Positions 51,477 through 64,000 of a DNA stretch of 64,000 nucleotides are shown here, piece by piece. Source of the stretch: the human T2T-CHM13v2.0 reference genome, Homo sapiens; assembly GCF_009914755.1 (NCBI RefSeq), contig NC_060931.1, one strand, 5' to 3'. The position numbers were made by a program, and so were the translations under genes. Below the pieces are notes generated by a model. That model did no database searches and was not told where the DNA came from. It saw only the letters and a program-made list of their open reading frames with translations. Within the stretch, counting starts at the first letter, position 1; each line of letters begins with the position of its first letter.

Positions 51477-54256
51477 CAGGCAGGTTTGGTTCCAGAATGC
51501 TGCAATACAGCAAATATCACATTAAAGCCAGTCACACATTATTTTTTTGTTTTCCAGTGCATATAAAAATTATGTTTACGCTATACTGTAGTCTATTAAG
51601 TGTACAATAGTATTATGTCTAAAAAACAACATACATACCTTTATTAAAATACATGGCCAGACATAGTAGCTTACACCTGTAATCCCAGAACTTTTGGAAG
51701 CGAGGTGAGAGGGTCACTTGAGACCAGGAATTTGAGACCAGCCTGTGCAACATAGTGAGACCTCATTTCTACAGAAACATTTAAAAAATTAGCCAGACAT
51801 GGTGGTGTGCACCTGTGGTACTAGCTACTTGGGAGGCTGGGGTGAGAGGATCACTTGAGCCCAGGAGTTTGAGGCTGCAGTGAGCTCTGATCCTCCACAG
51901 CACTACAGCCTGGGTATCAGAGTGAGACCTTGTCTCAAGAAACCCCCACAAAACTTTACTGTTAAAAATTGCTAACAATCATCTGAACATTTAGAAAGTC
52001 ACAACATTTTTTCTAGTGAGGGTCTTCCGTTGGTGTTGATGGTTGCAGCCTGATCAGGGTGGTGGTTGCTGAAGTTTGGGTTTGCTGTGGCAATGAGGTT
52101 TGCCACATGATTCGTTCTTCCTTTCATTAAAGATTTCTTTGCAGCATGTGATGCTGTTTGATAGCATTTTACCCACAGTAAAACTTCTTTCAAAATTGTA
52201 ATCAATTCTCTCACACCATGATGTTGGTTTATCAATTACATTTATGTAATATTCTAAACCCTTTGTAGTCATTTCAACAATGTTCACAGCATCTTCACCA
52301 GGAGTAGTTTCCATTTCAAGAAACTACTTTCTTTGCTCATCCATAACAAGTGGCTCCTCATCCATTCAAGTTTTATCATGTGATTGCAGCAATTCAGTCA
52401 CATCTTCAGGCTCCACTTCAAATTCTAATCTCTTGCTATTTCCACCACATCTGCAGTGACTTCTTCCAGTGAAGTCCTTCTCCCCAAGTGATTCTCCCAC
52501 CTCAAATGATCCTCAAGTGATCCTCCCACCACAGCTTCCCAAGTAGCTGGGATTATAGGCATGTGCCACCACATCAGTCTTCACTGAAGTCTTGAACCTT
52601 TTCAAAGTCATCCATTAGAGTTGGAATATACTTCTTCCAAACTCCTGTTAATGTTGATATTTTGACATCCTCCCATGAATCATGAATGTCTTTAATGGCA
52701 TCTATAATGGTGGATTCTTTCCAGAAGGTTTTCAATTTACTTTACCCAGATCCATCAGAGGAATCACTATTTATGACAACTATAGCCTTAGGAAATGTAT
52801 TTCTTAAATAAGACTTGAAAGTGAAAATGACTTCTTCATTCATGGGCTGCAGAATGGATGTTGTCTTAGCAGGCACGAAAACATTATTAATCTTTGTGTA
52901 CATCTCCATCAGAACTCTCGAGTGACCAGGCGCATTGTCAATGAGCATTAACATTTTGAAAGGAATCTTTTTTCTGAGGAGTAAGCCTCAACAGTGGGCT
53001 TAATATATTCAGTGAGCCATTCTGTAAACAGATGTGCTATCATCTAGGCTTTGGCATTCCATTTATAGAGTGCGGGCAAGTAGATTTAGCATAATTCTTA
53101 AGTGTCCTTAGATTTTTGGAATAGTAAGTGAGCACTGGCTTCAACTTAAAGTCATGAGTTCCATTAACCCCTAACAAGAAAATCAGCCTGTCCTTTTGAA
53201 GTTTTGAAGCCAGGCATTGACTTTTTCCTTTCTGGCCATGATAGCCCTGGATGGCATCTTTTTCCAACAGAAGGGTGCTTTGTTTATATTGAGAATCTAT
53301 TTTTTAGTGTAGCCACCTTCATCAATGATCTTAGGTAGATCTTCTGGATAACTTGCTAAGGCTTCTACATTAGCACCTGCTGCTTCGCCTTGCACTTTTT
53401 TATTATGGAGATGGCTTCTTTCCTTCAACTTCATGAACCAGTCTCTGCTAGATTCCAATGTTTCTTCTGCAGCTTCCTTACCTCTCTCAGCCTTCATAGA
53501 ATTGAAGAGAGTTAGGGCCTTGTCTGTGTTAGACTTTGACTTAAAGGAATTTTGTGGCTGGTTTGATCTCCCATCCAGACTACTAAAATTTTTTCCATAT
53601 CAGCAATAAGGCTATTTTGCTCTTTCATCATTTTTGGGTTCACTGGAATAGCAGTTTTAATTTCCTTCAAGGATTTCTTCCTTTGCATTTACAGTTTGGC
53701 TGTTTGGCACAAGAGGCCCAGCTTTCAGCCTGTCTTGGCTTTTGGCATGCCTTCCTCACTAAGTTTAATCATTTCTAGCTTTTGATTGAAAGTGAGAGAT
53801 GTGCAACTCTTCCTTTCACTTGAACACTTAGAGGTCATTGTCAGGTTATTAACTGGCCTCATTTCAATATTGCTGTGTCTCACTGAAGAGGGAGGCCTGA
53901 GAAGAGAAAGATTGGGGAACGGCCAGTCAGTGGAGCAGTCAGAACACATACAACATGTATTGATTAAGTCCACTGTCTCTTATGGGTGCAGTTTGTGGCA
54001 CCCCCATAACAATTACAATAGTAACATCAAAGATCATCATCATGGATCACCATAACAGATATAACAATAATGAACAACTTTGAAATATTGTGAGGATTAC
54101 CAAAATGTGATAGAGACACAGAGTGAGCACATACTATTGGAAAAATGGTGCCGACACATTTGCCTGACACCAAGTTGCCATAAACCTTAAATCTGTAGAA
54201 AGCACAATATTTGTGAGGTACGCTAAATTGAAGTGCAATAAAATAAGATATGCCTA
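51477..54256 (-). mobile_element. Near full-length Tigger1 DNA transposon (dead transposase)
   Basis: TA-flanked caggca.../...atatgccta ends. Frameshifted transposase pieces [53 protein letters not shown] and QPMNEEVI. Confidence 0.93.
51655..51945 (+). mobile_element. AluJ inside Tigger1
   Basis: Alu dimer. Confidence 0.9.
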
Positions 54257-54302
54257 TAATTGAAAAATGGGATGGTTTGGTGAAGTAGAAAAAAAGCACA
54301 TC

Positions 54303-54598
54303 TGCTGGGCATGGTGGCTCAAACCTGTAATCCCAGCATTTTGGGAGGCTGGAGCAGGTGGATCACGAGGTCAGGAGTTCAAGAGCAACCTGGCCAAGAT
54401 GGTGAAACCCTATTTGTACTAAAAATACAAAATAATTAGCTGGGCATGGTGGTGGGTGCCTGTAATCTCAGCTACTCAGGAGGCTGAGGCAGAGAATTGC
54501 TTGAACCTGGGAAGCAGAGGTTGCAGTGAGCCAAGATCACGCCACTGCACTCCAGCCCGGGCGACAGAGTGAGACTCCATCTCAAGAGAAAAAAAAAA
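54303..54598 (+). mobile_element. AluSg-like
   Basis: gatcacgaggtcaggagttc and TSD aaaaaaagcacatct. Confidence 0.92.
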
Positions 54599-54687
54599 GC
54601 ACATCTAATGGGACAGAGTGGGATAGAGTAGAAGGTTGTATCAGAGAGCGTAATTTTCACCTAGAACAGTAAGAGATAAGTTTAAAT

Positions 54688-54907
54688 CAAGGATTGGCAA
54701 ACTTTCTTTATAAAGGTCCAGGTAGTAAATATTTTAGGCTTTTGGGGCCTTATAATCCCTGTCACAACTACCTTGCTGTTGTGGTGTGAAAACAGCTATA
54801 GACCATACATAAATGAATGTATGTGGCTGTGTTTCAATAAATTTTTATTTACAAAAGCATTCAGAGAGCCAGATTTGGTTTGGGAGTCATAGTTTGTGGA
54901 CCTGTTG
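54688..54907. mobile_element. MER58A hAT-Charlie MITE
   Basis: caaggattggcaaact..gtaaatattttaggcttt..catagtttgtggacc, with 8-bp TSD gtttaaat/gtttagat. Confidence 0.85.
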
Positions 54908-55969
54908 GTTTAGATGATCAGAAAGATCACTGAATGGCTTGGAAGGGTCTACCTAACTTGTTTCACTGACTTGCAACAGATTTTTAAAAGATATCAAATA
55001 AAACAGCTGAAAGAAGATATAAAGGGAAAGCTGGAATAAAGTAGCCCTATGAAACCCACAACCCCATCACTTTTGTCTCATGGCTGATTATGTGTGCACA
55101 ACAGTCTTCCTTTTCATGATTTATTAATCTTGTCATGCTTGACATTTATATTCTTACTTCAGAAATACTCAGGGTTGTTTGTTTGTTTGGTAGAAACAAC
55201 GATTAATCCAACAAACATAAGCCACACTAATAAACCCCACATGGTTTTGCCAAACATATCATAAGACTTAGCTAATCTCATGCTAGCAGCAACCCAAAAG
55301 GAAAAGATTTGACTTCTGAAACACATGTGGCAGGGAGAGGGGTCTCTCCAGTTAATCTGTGTGTTTTTGACAAATATTTTACACTCTATACTTCATTATG
55401 CACCTATTCAATAAGAACACATTTGATAGTTTTCCAGTTTTGAAATCTATGTGATAACTTTTAACCATATTTGAAAAGGGTATTCGATGCCTTTTCAGAA
55501 AAAGGCAATAATATTTTCTACATCCAACTTGCTGCCCAGCCAAATCCACAAACATGGATGTTAGCAGAGAAAGCTATTGTTGGACTGCAGGTGAGATGAG
55601 ATGATTCTTAACCATCATGATTGTACAACCAATAGGAATTTACTCTGACATTTTGTTTGCTTTTACAATTTGGATGCCCAAATAATTAAAAAGGTAGAAT
55701 TAAAGAGAAGCCTTTATGTGTCTTGGCTGTCTTTTGGTAAATATATGCTGTTAAATTACATACTAAGCAGGCCAGAGCCTAATGAACAAATTGTGACTCA
55801 AAATCATGGAGAAAGACTTAACCTACTGTTTCCTTCTGGTAGGGAAAAGTGTCAGTTAAGAGTGAGTATGAGTGGCAGAATGACAATAGCTTTGTTAACC
55901 GCACTGTAGATTAGATGATTGTTGCCTGAAATGTCAGTTCCTGGTTGGCTATAAGAAAATGCCTGTTTC

Positions 55970-56301
<332 letters not shown>

Positions 56302-56746
56302 TCATTTCACTCACCAGCTTTTCTCCCTTCATTTAAATGGTAATTACACACTTACAATGCACTGCAAGTATCTCTAGTTTTACTGAGTCCTCTGGGAGCT
56401 CTAGAAACCCTAGGACTTTCATAATGAGGGATACATTTTTGGAGTTATTTTTTTGCTTGGGAAGATTTTGGTTCTATTAAATTTTTTTTCTATTTTCACT
56501 TGCACTTTTTTTTCACTGAAAACCAATACAATTTTTTCCAACTAAATAGGGAGCATTGGTAAAATTGAATAATGACATTCAAGTCATGTAATTTTCAATT
56601 ACATTTATATCTTAAGTATTTTAATTACCTTGGCAGTTACTGCATACATGTCAGTTTGGTATTGAGTGCCATTTTCTCATAAATAAGTCAGATTAATTTC
56701 CATTAATTCTTCCCCCATTTTTTCCCTTTTAAAAATTGTATTCTTA

Positions 56747-57039
56747 GGCTGGGCTTGGGGACTCACACCTGTAATCCCAGCACTTTGGGAGGCCAACAAG
56801 GGAGGACTACTTGAGCTCAGAAGTTCAAAACCAGTCTGAGCAACATGATGAGACCCTGTCTCTACTAAAAAAAATTTTTTTAATTAGCTGGATATGGTAG
56901 CATGCACCTATAGTCCTAGCTACTTGAGAGGGTGAGGCAGGAGGATGGCTTGAGCTGGAGAGATGAAGGCTGCAGCAAGCTATGATTATGCCACTGCACT
57001 CTAGCCTGGGTGACAGAGTAAGACCCTGTCTCAAAAAAA
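56747..57039 (+). mobile_element. AluJ
   Basis: Alu dimer with TSD tt(g/a)tattctta. Confidence 0.9.
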
Positions 57040-57629
57040 GTTATATTCTTATTTTATTTTAAAATCTAATGGGTAATTCTAATTCTTCATCTTTCCTTTT
57101 TTCCTTCTGCTTTGTGTGCATTGCATTAAGTTCAAGATTCATTTTGGTATTCTGTATCAGTAACTACTTATTTCTCTGGTGTGGTATTTTTTACTGATCT
57201 TCTAGAGGTTTCAGGCAAAACTTAATGGTCTGGTGAAATTAACAATGACCAGTACAGAATATGGGTCACTCGATATATTCCTGACCTATTGTTTGTATAA
57301 ACAATTTTTATTCTTTCAATATCAAGATCACTTTGATGTAAAACTTCATCAAATTCTTGGGAGGACCAGCACTTGTTTTTTGCGAAGTTAGTTATAATAA
57401 TTAGGCAGTCAATGTATAAAGACAAAAGGTGATCAAAATACAGTGTAGGGATAACATTTTTTTCTGTAAGTGTATGTAGTGATGATTTCTGTGAAAAGCT
57501 ATCTAAATAAAATAAAACCACGTAAATGAAACCCTGATAATAGTAAGGGCAATGCATTTTTCTCAAGGGACTTCTCCTAAAATGTGACAAGCATTTTTGA
57601 GGAGTTAGGGTGGAGTGGGCAGGAGGCTT

Positions 57630-58090
57630 CTGTAGTTAGGCTCAAAGTTGCATCTGGAGTTTACTAGCTGTGAAACCTAAGGTAAATTGTTTAACATCTC
57701 TGAGACTTGATTACCTCATCTGGAATACAGGAAAAATAATAACCATTTTTCAAGGAGGGTTAGGAATAATTTAGGAAAAACTCCTAGAATATAATACATA
57801 ATCACTAAATGGTGATTCTTGGGCTCTCGGGCAAGGGAAGGAGCCAGGCAAGATAGGGCCATGAAGTAGAAGGAGCTCAATCTCAGGGCCAGAAATATCT
57901 TGGATTCTCATCTCTGCCCCAACAGTTTTTCACTGTTTAACACTAAGCAAATTATTTAAATGACTTAAGTATTCCTGTATAAAAGGAAACAATGCTACAA
58001 AAGCTGTGTGAGATGTAATTTAAATACCATGTATAAAGCACTTTTTATAGTACCTGACACATAGTAGATGCTCAATAAATGGTTATATTA
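57630..58090 (+). mobile_element. Two MIR fragments
   Basis: ttactagctgtga..tttaacatctctgag..ctcatctg, and tacctgacacatagtagatgctcaataaat. Confidence 0.65.
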
Positions 58091-58240
58091 TTACCTATTA
58101 TGAGCCTATTATGTCACTGTAATTCTAGAGGCGCTGTGAGATCATAAAGAGGAACTTTACAGGGTACCATAAGGCACTTGAGATCTTTCAAGGAAGACAA
58201 GCCCTTGAGATAAGTATAAGTTTAGATACTATAAAATATC

Positions 58241-58528
58241 AGACTGGGCACAATAGCTCACACCTGTAATCCCAGTACTTTGGGAGGCTGAGGTGGGTGG
58301 ATAGCCTGAGCTCAGGAGTTCAAGATCAGCCTGGACAACATGATGAAACCCTGTCTCTACCAAAAAAATACAAAAAAAATTTAGCCAGGCATGGTGGTGG
58401 TGCACGCCTATAGTCCCAGTGACTTGGGGGGCTGAGGTGCAACGATTGCTTCAGCACAAGAAGCAGAGGTTGCAGTGAGCTGAGATTGCGCCACTGCCTC
58501 CAGTCTGGGCAACAGTGAGAACTCGTCT

Positions 58529-58561
<33 letters not shown>

Positions 58562-58562
58562 A
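58241..58562 (+). mobile_element. AluJb/S
   Basis: Alu dimer with an A/(GAAAA) tail. Confidence 0.9.
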
Positions 58563-60766
58563 ATATTTCTACAGTAAGTTCCATGTTAGGCACCTAAGAG
58601 TTGAGTTAAAGCCTAAAGAACTCATGTAGTACATGGAGATCAAATAAGGCTTAATGGAGGTATCATGGTCTCCTACCTGAGCTTCAAGAATGTACAGTTT
58701 ATCAACAGGCAGATTGGAGCTGCTAGGGGAGGAAATTTTCAGGGGAGGACATTTTCGGGGGAGGAATCAGAATAAACAGTAGACATGAAGGTGAAAAAGT
58801 ACAGATTATACCTGAGCAATAGTAAATAAATTCTGCTATTCACTTACAGTATAAGGAACAGGTAAGGTGAGAACGTAACAGCTGACACTTTTTGGGCATT
58901 TATAATATTCTGGGCACTGTTCTAAGGACTTTACATGTGTTAACTCATTGAAACCTTACAACAATCCCTTGAGGTAAATCCTAATATTAGCCGTACTTTA
59001 AGACAAGGAAACTAAGCCTTTATATTGCCTTTATGTGAGATAGACAATGGTGCCACTTACTTTGAGGCTGTAGAAGCCCTGTGCTGAAACGTAGCGTGGT
59101 GAATGGTATGTGGACTATGCTTCCACACTCACTCATCCCTCAGCCAGCCTTGTGCCGGGACCCTCAGCCTAGACATGTGTGCGCAGTGGCCCTGCTCAAT
59201 GTCGCACAGGTGAGGTGAGCAATCTGGCTTCAGAGGCTGAGCTTTCAATCATGACTCTGTGATGAGAAAGGCACTTGGGCCTTATTTGTGGGGAATCTTG
59301 AAATCTCCACATAGGGATATGAACTTTATTTTAAAGATGACATGGAAATATAGCCTTTATTTTGAAGGAATGTGAAGGCTTTTTTTTTTTTTTTGGAGGG
59401 GCGGACAACAGCATAATCAGATTTGTAAGGAAACATACCTTGATGGTGTTATTGGGGGGATGGGGAAGTGGGTTGGGTGGGTGGTTTAAAGAAGGAAAGA
59501 TTCAGTCAGGAAAACCAGTCAGGAGGAGACTGCTAGGCATTAAATTGAGCACAGATGAGAGCCCAAACAAGGGTGGTAGCACTGGAAACTGGGAAGAAGT
59601 GACAGACTTGAATGACATTCAAGTTAGAATTGGCAAGTCCTGGTGATCATTTAGAAGTAGGGAGTGAAAAAGAGTCCCTGGAAGAGACCCCAAAGTCTCC
59701 ACTGTGGGTGGCTGGAAGATACGGATGCTGTTAATATAAAGGAGGAAAACAGGAGGAAGGGCAAGAAAGTTTTGGTGAGAAGGATGAAGTCTGCATGTTG
59801 AATTAGTAGTGATAGCAAGACATGCATGTAGTAACTCCAACCAGAAGCTGGAATTGTGAATCTGGAGCTGGGGATATTTGCGCTAGAGACCTAGTGAGGA
59901 AACAGTTTACAAACATGAAGCCAGGGGTGTGGGTGAGAGTGACTGTGGAGTGGACCCTTCAAGATAGCCTTAATATAAAGTGTGGATAGAAGTTGTGATT
60001 TCCCGCAAGAAGCTGGAGGCTGGGACTCACAGGGCAAGTGGGCTGGGACACACAGTGCTGAGGTGCAGTATAAGGGTGGTCAGGAGCACCAAATGCAGAG
60101 TGCAAGCAAACATTGTTCATATGCATAACCTATTAATATTTGTAAACTACAGTAATGCTTTTAAAATCTTAGGATGTTTCAAGGTACTAAGACGCACTTC
60201 ACTAAATAATAGGTCCTATAGTAGCTGAAAATAGATTGTAGCTTTCCAAAGTGCCTTGAATTGCAGGATGCATTTTACATACTAAGAGAAGAATCATATA
60301 CCATAAATGTTTTCTTTTACAAGACAGTGGCTACCTGGGAGCATCATGTAGAGATGTCATCTGAGCAATGAATGTCCAGGCTCAGTGGGAAAGAGCACTG
60401 GGATCTGTAGCAATATCTGCCCTGTGTGGAAGGGCGGGGACCACTGTGCCTAAATTGGCTTTCCCTCAATTAAAGGCTTTCCAAGGTACTGTTAAAATTA
60501 AATTTCTATGATTGTCAGTGCCTAGTTTATCACACATATTTACATATTATCCGAAAAGAAAAAACAAAAGAAAAAAAAGTGCAAATTGACTCCTTATAAT
60601 TTTGTGGTAGCACAGCTCTGCAGTAGCCTAGATTTATGAAATGATGCTAAATGTCAGGCTCTCTAGAGTGAATGAATGAAAAAAAATGATATGCCTTCAA
60701 TAGGATAAATAAGGGAGAATCATGTACACACCTTTAACTCAGCCCTTTCCTAATACGAGCTTTATT

Positions 60767-60828
60767 TGTGTGTGTGTGTGTGCACGCACATGCATGCATG
60801 TATGTTTGCCTGTGTCTATGTGTGTGTC
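60767..60828. repeat. Degenerate (TG)n/(CATG)n repeat
   Basis: Read directly. Confidence 0.8.
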
Positions 60829-62009
60829 TTTAGTTGTTTGGGACTTTGGATAAATATTCTAATGGAAGTATGGTAGGAATGTGTGAAGAAAATTGAAGGT
60901 AATTGCTTCTTACTGAAAGAGGAAGAAAAGTTTTTGAAGTTTCTCCAGTTCAAGAACTTTTATTATAGAAATCCACAGGCAGGCAATGTAAAAAAGCAAA
61001 TGCTGTGTGAAATTATTCACCGAGGAGATGGTAACCATATCAATAAAGTTTTGGAGGAGACTTTCCACTGTTCTATGTAAATAACTGTGTTGCAGCTTTT
61101 GTTTTATGAGTACTCATTATCATAGAAATTTACTGCTTTTAGTCTTGAAAATGTGGTGCTTAAAAACTTGGAAAATACCACTGTAATTAAATATCTATTG
61201 GAGTTAACTCTGGAATACCGTAATTTTGTTTTGCAGACATCGGAGCTATAATCTTTTGTATTTCTTCTCTTTACTCTGTTGTCAGAACTTACACCAGTCA
61301 TCATCTCTGTGACAATACAAGCCCCTTGAGGGCAAGGACAGTATTTTTTTTTTTTGTAATCACTGTGCCATTGGCACCACCTGGTATAGTGTCTGGCCTC
61401 TCTTTAGTCTCCTCTAACTTTTCTTCTTCTTGTCCACTGATGTTTTCAAGAGTCAACTTTCATAACCCCTCTTAGGAAAGTGTAAGATATAGTGCCTGCC
61501 ATCAAAAAACTTAAAATCTAGTTGCTGAGAGGATAGCCCCCAGAAACAGATAATAAACAAGTGTTACTAATAACTTAGAGAACAGATATACTGTAATTTT
61601 CACAGTAACTTTTAAACCTTGATTGCATCTTTATTCCCTTTTTAGCCATGGCTGAATTCCTTAGTGATATAGGAAAGGACCTTCACAATTTGGGCTCAAG
61701 AGATAGAACAATGGATAATGACCCTGCCATTACTATTTTCTGTGCACAGTTAATATCTCTTTTTCCGTATGGTTGGTCTCACCATTTTCTTTCTGATAAG
61801 AGGCGCTTGCACCAATTCCAGGTATTTATTTATAATGTAGTTAAAACTCTTAACTTTTTTTCAAACCTTATTTCCACTGCCATCTCCAAACAATTTTTAC
61901 TGGTTTTCCTTAAGCAGATGTTGTCTCTTTCCTCTGGAATTGCCAGCTCGCTTTACTTTTCCCTCTCTCCTCATACTCATCTTAAGAGGGAAATTGTGTT
62001 TTACTCAAT

Positions 62010-62800
62010 AGAGTATAGAATCCCAGCTCTATCACTTACTGTTTGTGATATCTTGGGCATATTATTAACCTCTCTATGTCTCGGTTTCTTCATCTGTAAA
62101 ATAGGGATTAAAAATAATTGGTTGTTCACATGGTTGTGGTGATACAATGAGCTAACATATTGCTACAGATCACTGTGTTCCTTCCACTCAGCCTGGGCAT
62201 TGCTCAGAATACTTCTCTATATGATACTTTGCACATAATAAACACTCAGTAAATAGCAGCTGCAATAGCAGCACCTTATAGTTCTTGACATAGAGTCGTT
62301 ATACATGTTGACTTGAATAGTAATGATAAGATTGAGTAAGTGATAAGATTATTTTTCTCTGGATCAGATAAGAATAAAGGGAGTCAGAAAAAGATAGCTC
62401 CAAGTAGAATGGAGCTGATTAAATAAACATTTATTGAGCTTTTGCCTTGTGCCAGGCATTGGGAATATAAGTTGTACAACACAGGCGATGCTCTCTGCCC
62501 TTGTGGAGCTTATATTCCTAGGTGGATACAAAAAAAAGTGAAGAGCAAAGCCAATAATTTAAAATTGTGGCACTGCTGGGAAGAAAAGAAGGGAGTAAAA
62601 TTAGGGGAAAGAAGGGTGGAGAATGTACTTGCAATAACTAGGAAAGGCCTATTTATTGAAGGAGTAGGGTTTCAGCAAAGACAAAAATAGAATAAGGAGT
62701 CAGCTAGAAGACAAGTGGGAGAAGGGACGAACCGGGTGGAGGCTCCAAGGAGAGACAGAGCTTGGGGTGTTAGAGAAACTGGAAGTTCTTTGTGGCTATA
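62010..62800. mobile_element. MIR (+, about 62010-62260) and L2 3' end (-, about 62420-62800)
   Basis: aatcccagctctatcacttact..catctgtaaaataggg, and catttattgagc..gtgccaggcattgg. Confidence 0.65.
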
Positions 62801-63544
62801 GAAATATGCGGGGATAAGATTATGTCAGGATTTATTGGCCATTCTAAAGAGTTGGGGTTGCAGTAGACTGAGAGGTGTGATGTTCAGCTGAGCTTTAGAC
62901 TATAAAAATGTAGAGAAATATTTGGAAGTAGACATTTGAGATGGAAGAGCAAAGACACGGGGTTGTGACTAACAATAGTGTCAAGGAAGACAAGAAGTAG
63001 TCTGTTGAAATGGAGGAGTTGCACTGGGGAATAAGAAAAACAATTGTCTTTTGGACGATATTATTCTACAGAACAGCTGCTGCTTTACAGTAACAGACTT
63101 TGACAGGACTTCTTTCTTAGCAGATGAAAAGTTGAACTGATGTGGTGACCTTTTGGAATAGATGGTTTCTTTACTGCCAAGTTGAACCCTTTCTGGGAAT
63201 ATTTGTGTTGAGTGAGCTTTCTAACCTTAGTGCAGGGTGAGTCAATGAGATCCTTCATGAACATTCCCTTTCGTGTTGGCAGAAGGAAATAAATCGTTTA
63301 TGTTAGTTTGGGTAATTGAAGAAGCTTGTCATTTCCAATTTACTCTGGTGTATGTGGCTAATTTAAGTTGATAATCATTAACCATGTACAGCTTTTCAAG
63401 GGATGAATCAGGAGTTGGAAAACATTACATTTCTGTAAAAATTGGTGTAACGGCCTTGAACTTAAGCTTTCTAGTTTGAAGGTGAAACTTGAGAGTTAGC
63501 ACTGTATTGTATTTCCAATAATGAATGTGTCTTTTTTCTTTCAG

Positions 63545-63655
63545 GCTTCCTTCAGGATTTTAATCATCCTTACAGCCTCTTTGAGAATGATTGAACTTCC
63601 AAATTCCCTGAAGTTAAAATTTTAAATTCTATTAAACATTTTTTCGAGTATTTCA
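63545..63655 (+). other. PTTG1IP2: Probable non-coding terminal exon 7 (3' UTR)
   Basis: Strong acceptor gtcttttttctttcag|G, ATTAAA at 63631-63636 and U-rich downstream sequence. Pairing with the 44700 donor is inferred. The end coordinate is approximate. Confidence 0.65.
63631..63636 (+). terminator. Polyadenylation signal ATTAAA
   Basis: Variant hexamer 86 nt into the putative last exon, followed by a U-rich tract. Confidence 0.6.
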
Positions 63656-63955
63656 TTACTTTTACATTATGACTTGTACAGTAATTTGAGATCATAAGGG
63701 TTGAAAAATATCTTCAAATAAGTTTTTATAGTTAAAATTTTTTTGACTTTTCAAAAGTTCTTCTTCCTAGCTCATTTCATAATCTTCAAATGTAGATTCT
63801 CTTTGAACATAAAGTGGTATAAATATAGAATGTTCAGGCACCTGACGTATAAATTTACATACGGTTTGAAGATTGGAGGGTATACCCTGTGATAGTGTCT
63901 GACATTGTTATTTTCTCGTCAGTGTTACCAGACAGTAAATAAATACTTCAATTCT

Positions 63956-64000
63956 GCCAGGGGAGGTGGCTCACGCCTGTAATCCCAGCACTTTGGAGGC
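63956..64000 (+). mobile_element. Start of an Alu (truncated by the window end)
   Basis: ggtggctcacgcctgtaatcccagcactttgg. Confidence 0.85.

Noticed and set aside
51999-53973. Transposase-like ORFs suggesting a TIGD-type domesticated gene
   Set aside because: Split over several frames with stops and interrupted by Alu sequence, so a dead Tigger1 copy.

Overview
Human genomic DNA, judged from a human-specific AluYb-lineage insertion at 55970. It is repeat-rich, and I see no CRISPR or prokaryotic features. The ORF track misses the one real gene because its exons are short. Six coding exons on the + strand (20069-20213, 29498-29544, 37596-37689, 39140-39233, 42508-42578, 44636-44649) splice in frame into a 154-aa type-I membrane protein with a signal peptide, a Cys-rich PSI-like ectodomain, one TM helix and a short tail: [155 protein letters not shown] recognise it from memory, without a database check, as PTTG1IP2, a little-studied paralog of PTTG1IP/PBF lying between CLDN12 and CDK14. 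A probable non-coding last exon lies at about 63545-63655. The rest is transposable-element debris: about 28 Alu elements or fragments, L1/L2/MIR fragments, a full-length THE1C nested in a deleted ERVL-type provirus, MER21, MST/MLT LTRs, a near full-length Tigger1 and several MITEs. The most interesting signals are: (i) a GC-AG intron, a weak exon 5 and a 3'-UTR intron that place the normal stop 50 nt and the exon-5-skip stop 57 nt from the last junction, either side of the NMD threshold; (ii) a twice-copied templated insertion of the exon-2 branch-point region into intron 2; (iii) an odd ninth ectodomain cysteine; (iv) IRF/PRDM1-type repeats created inside THE1C; (v) several unusual retrotransposition and repair scars. 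Repeat subfamily names and boundaries were assigned by eye and are approximate.
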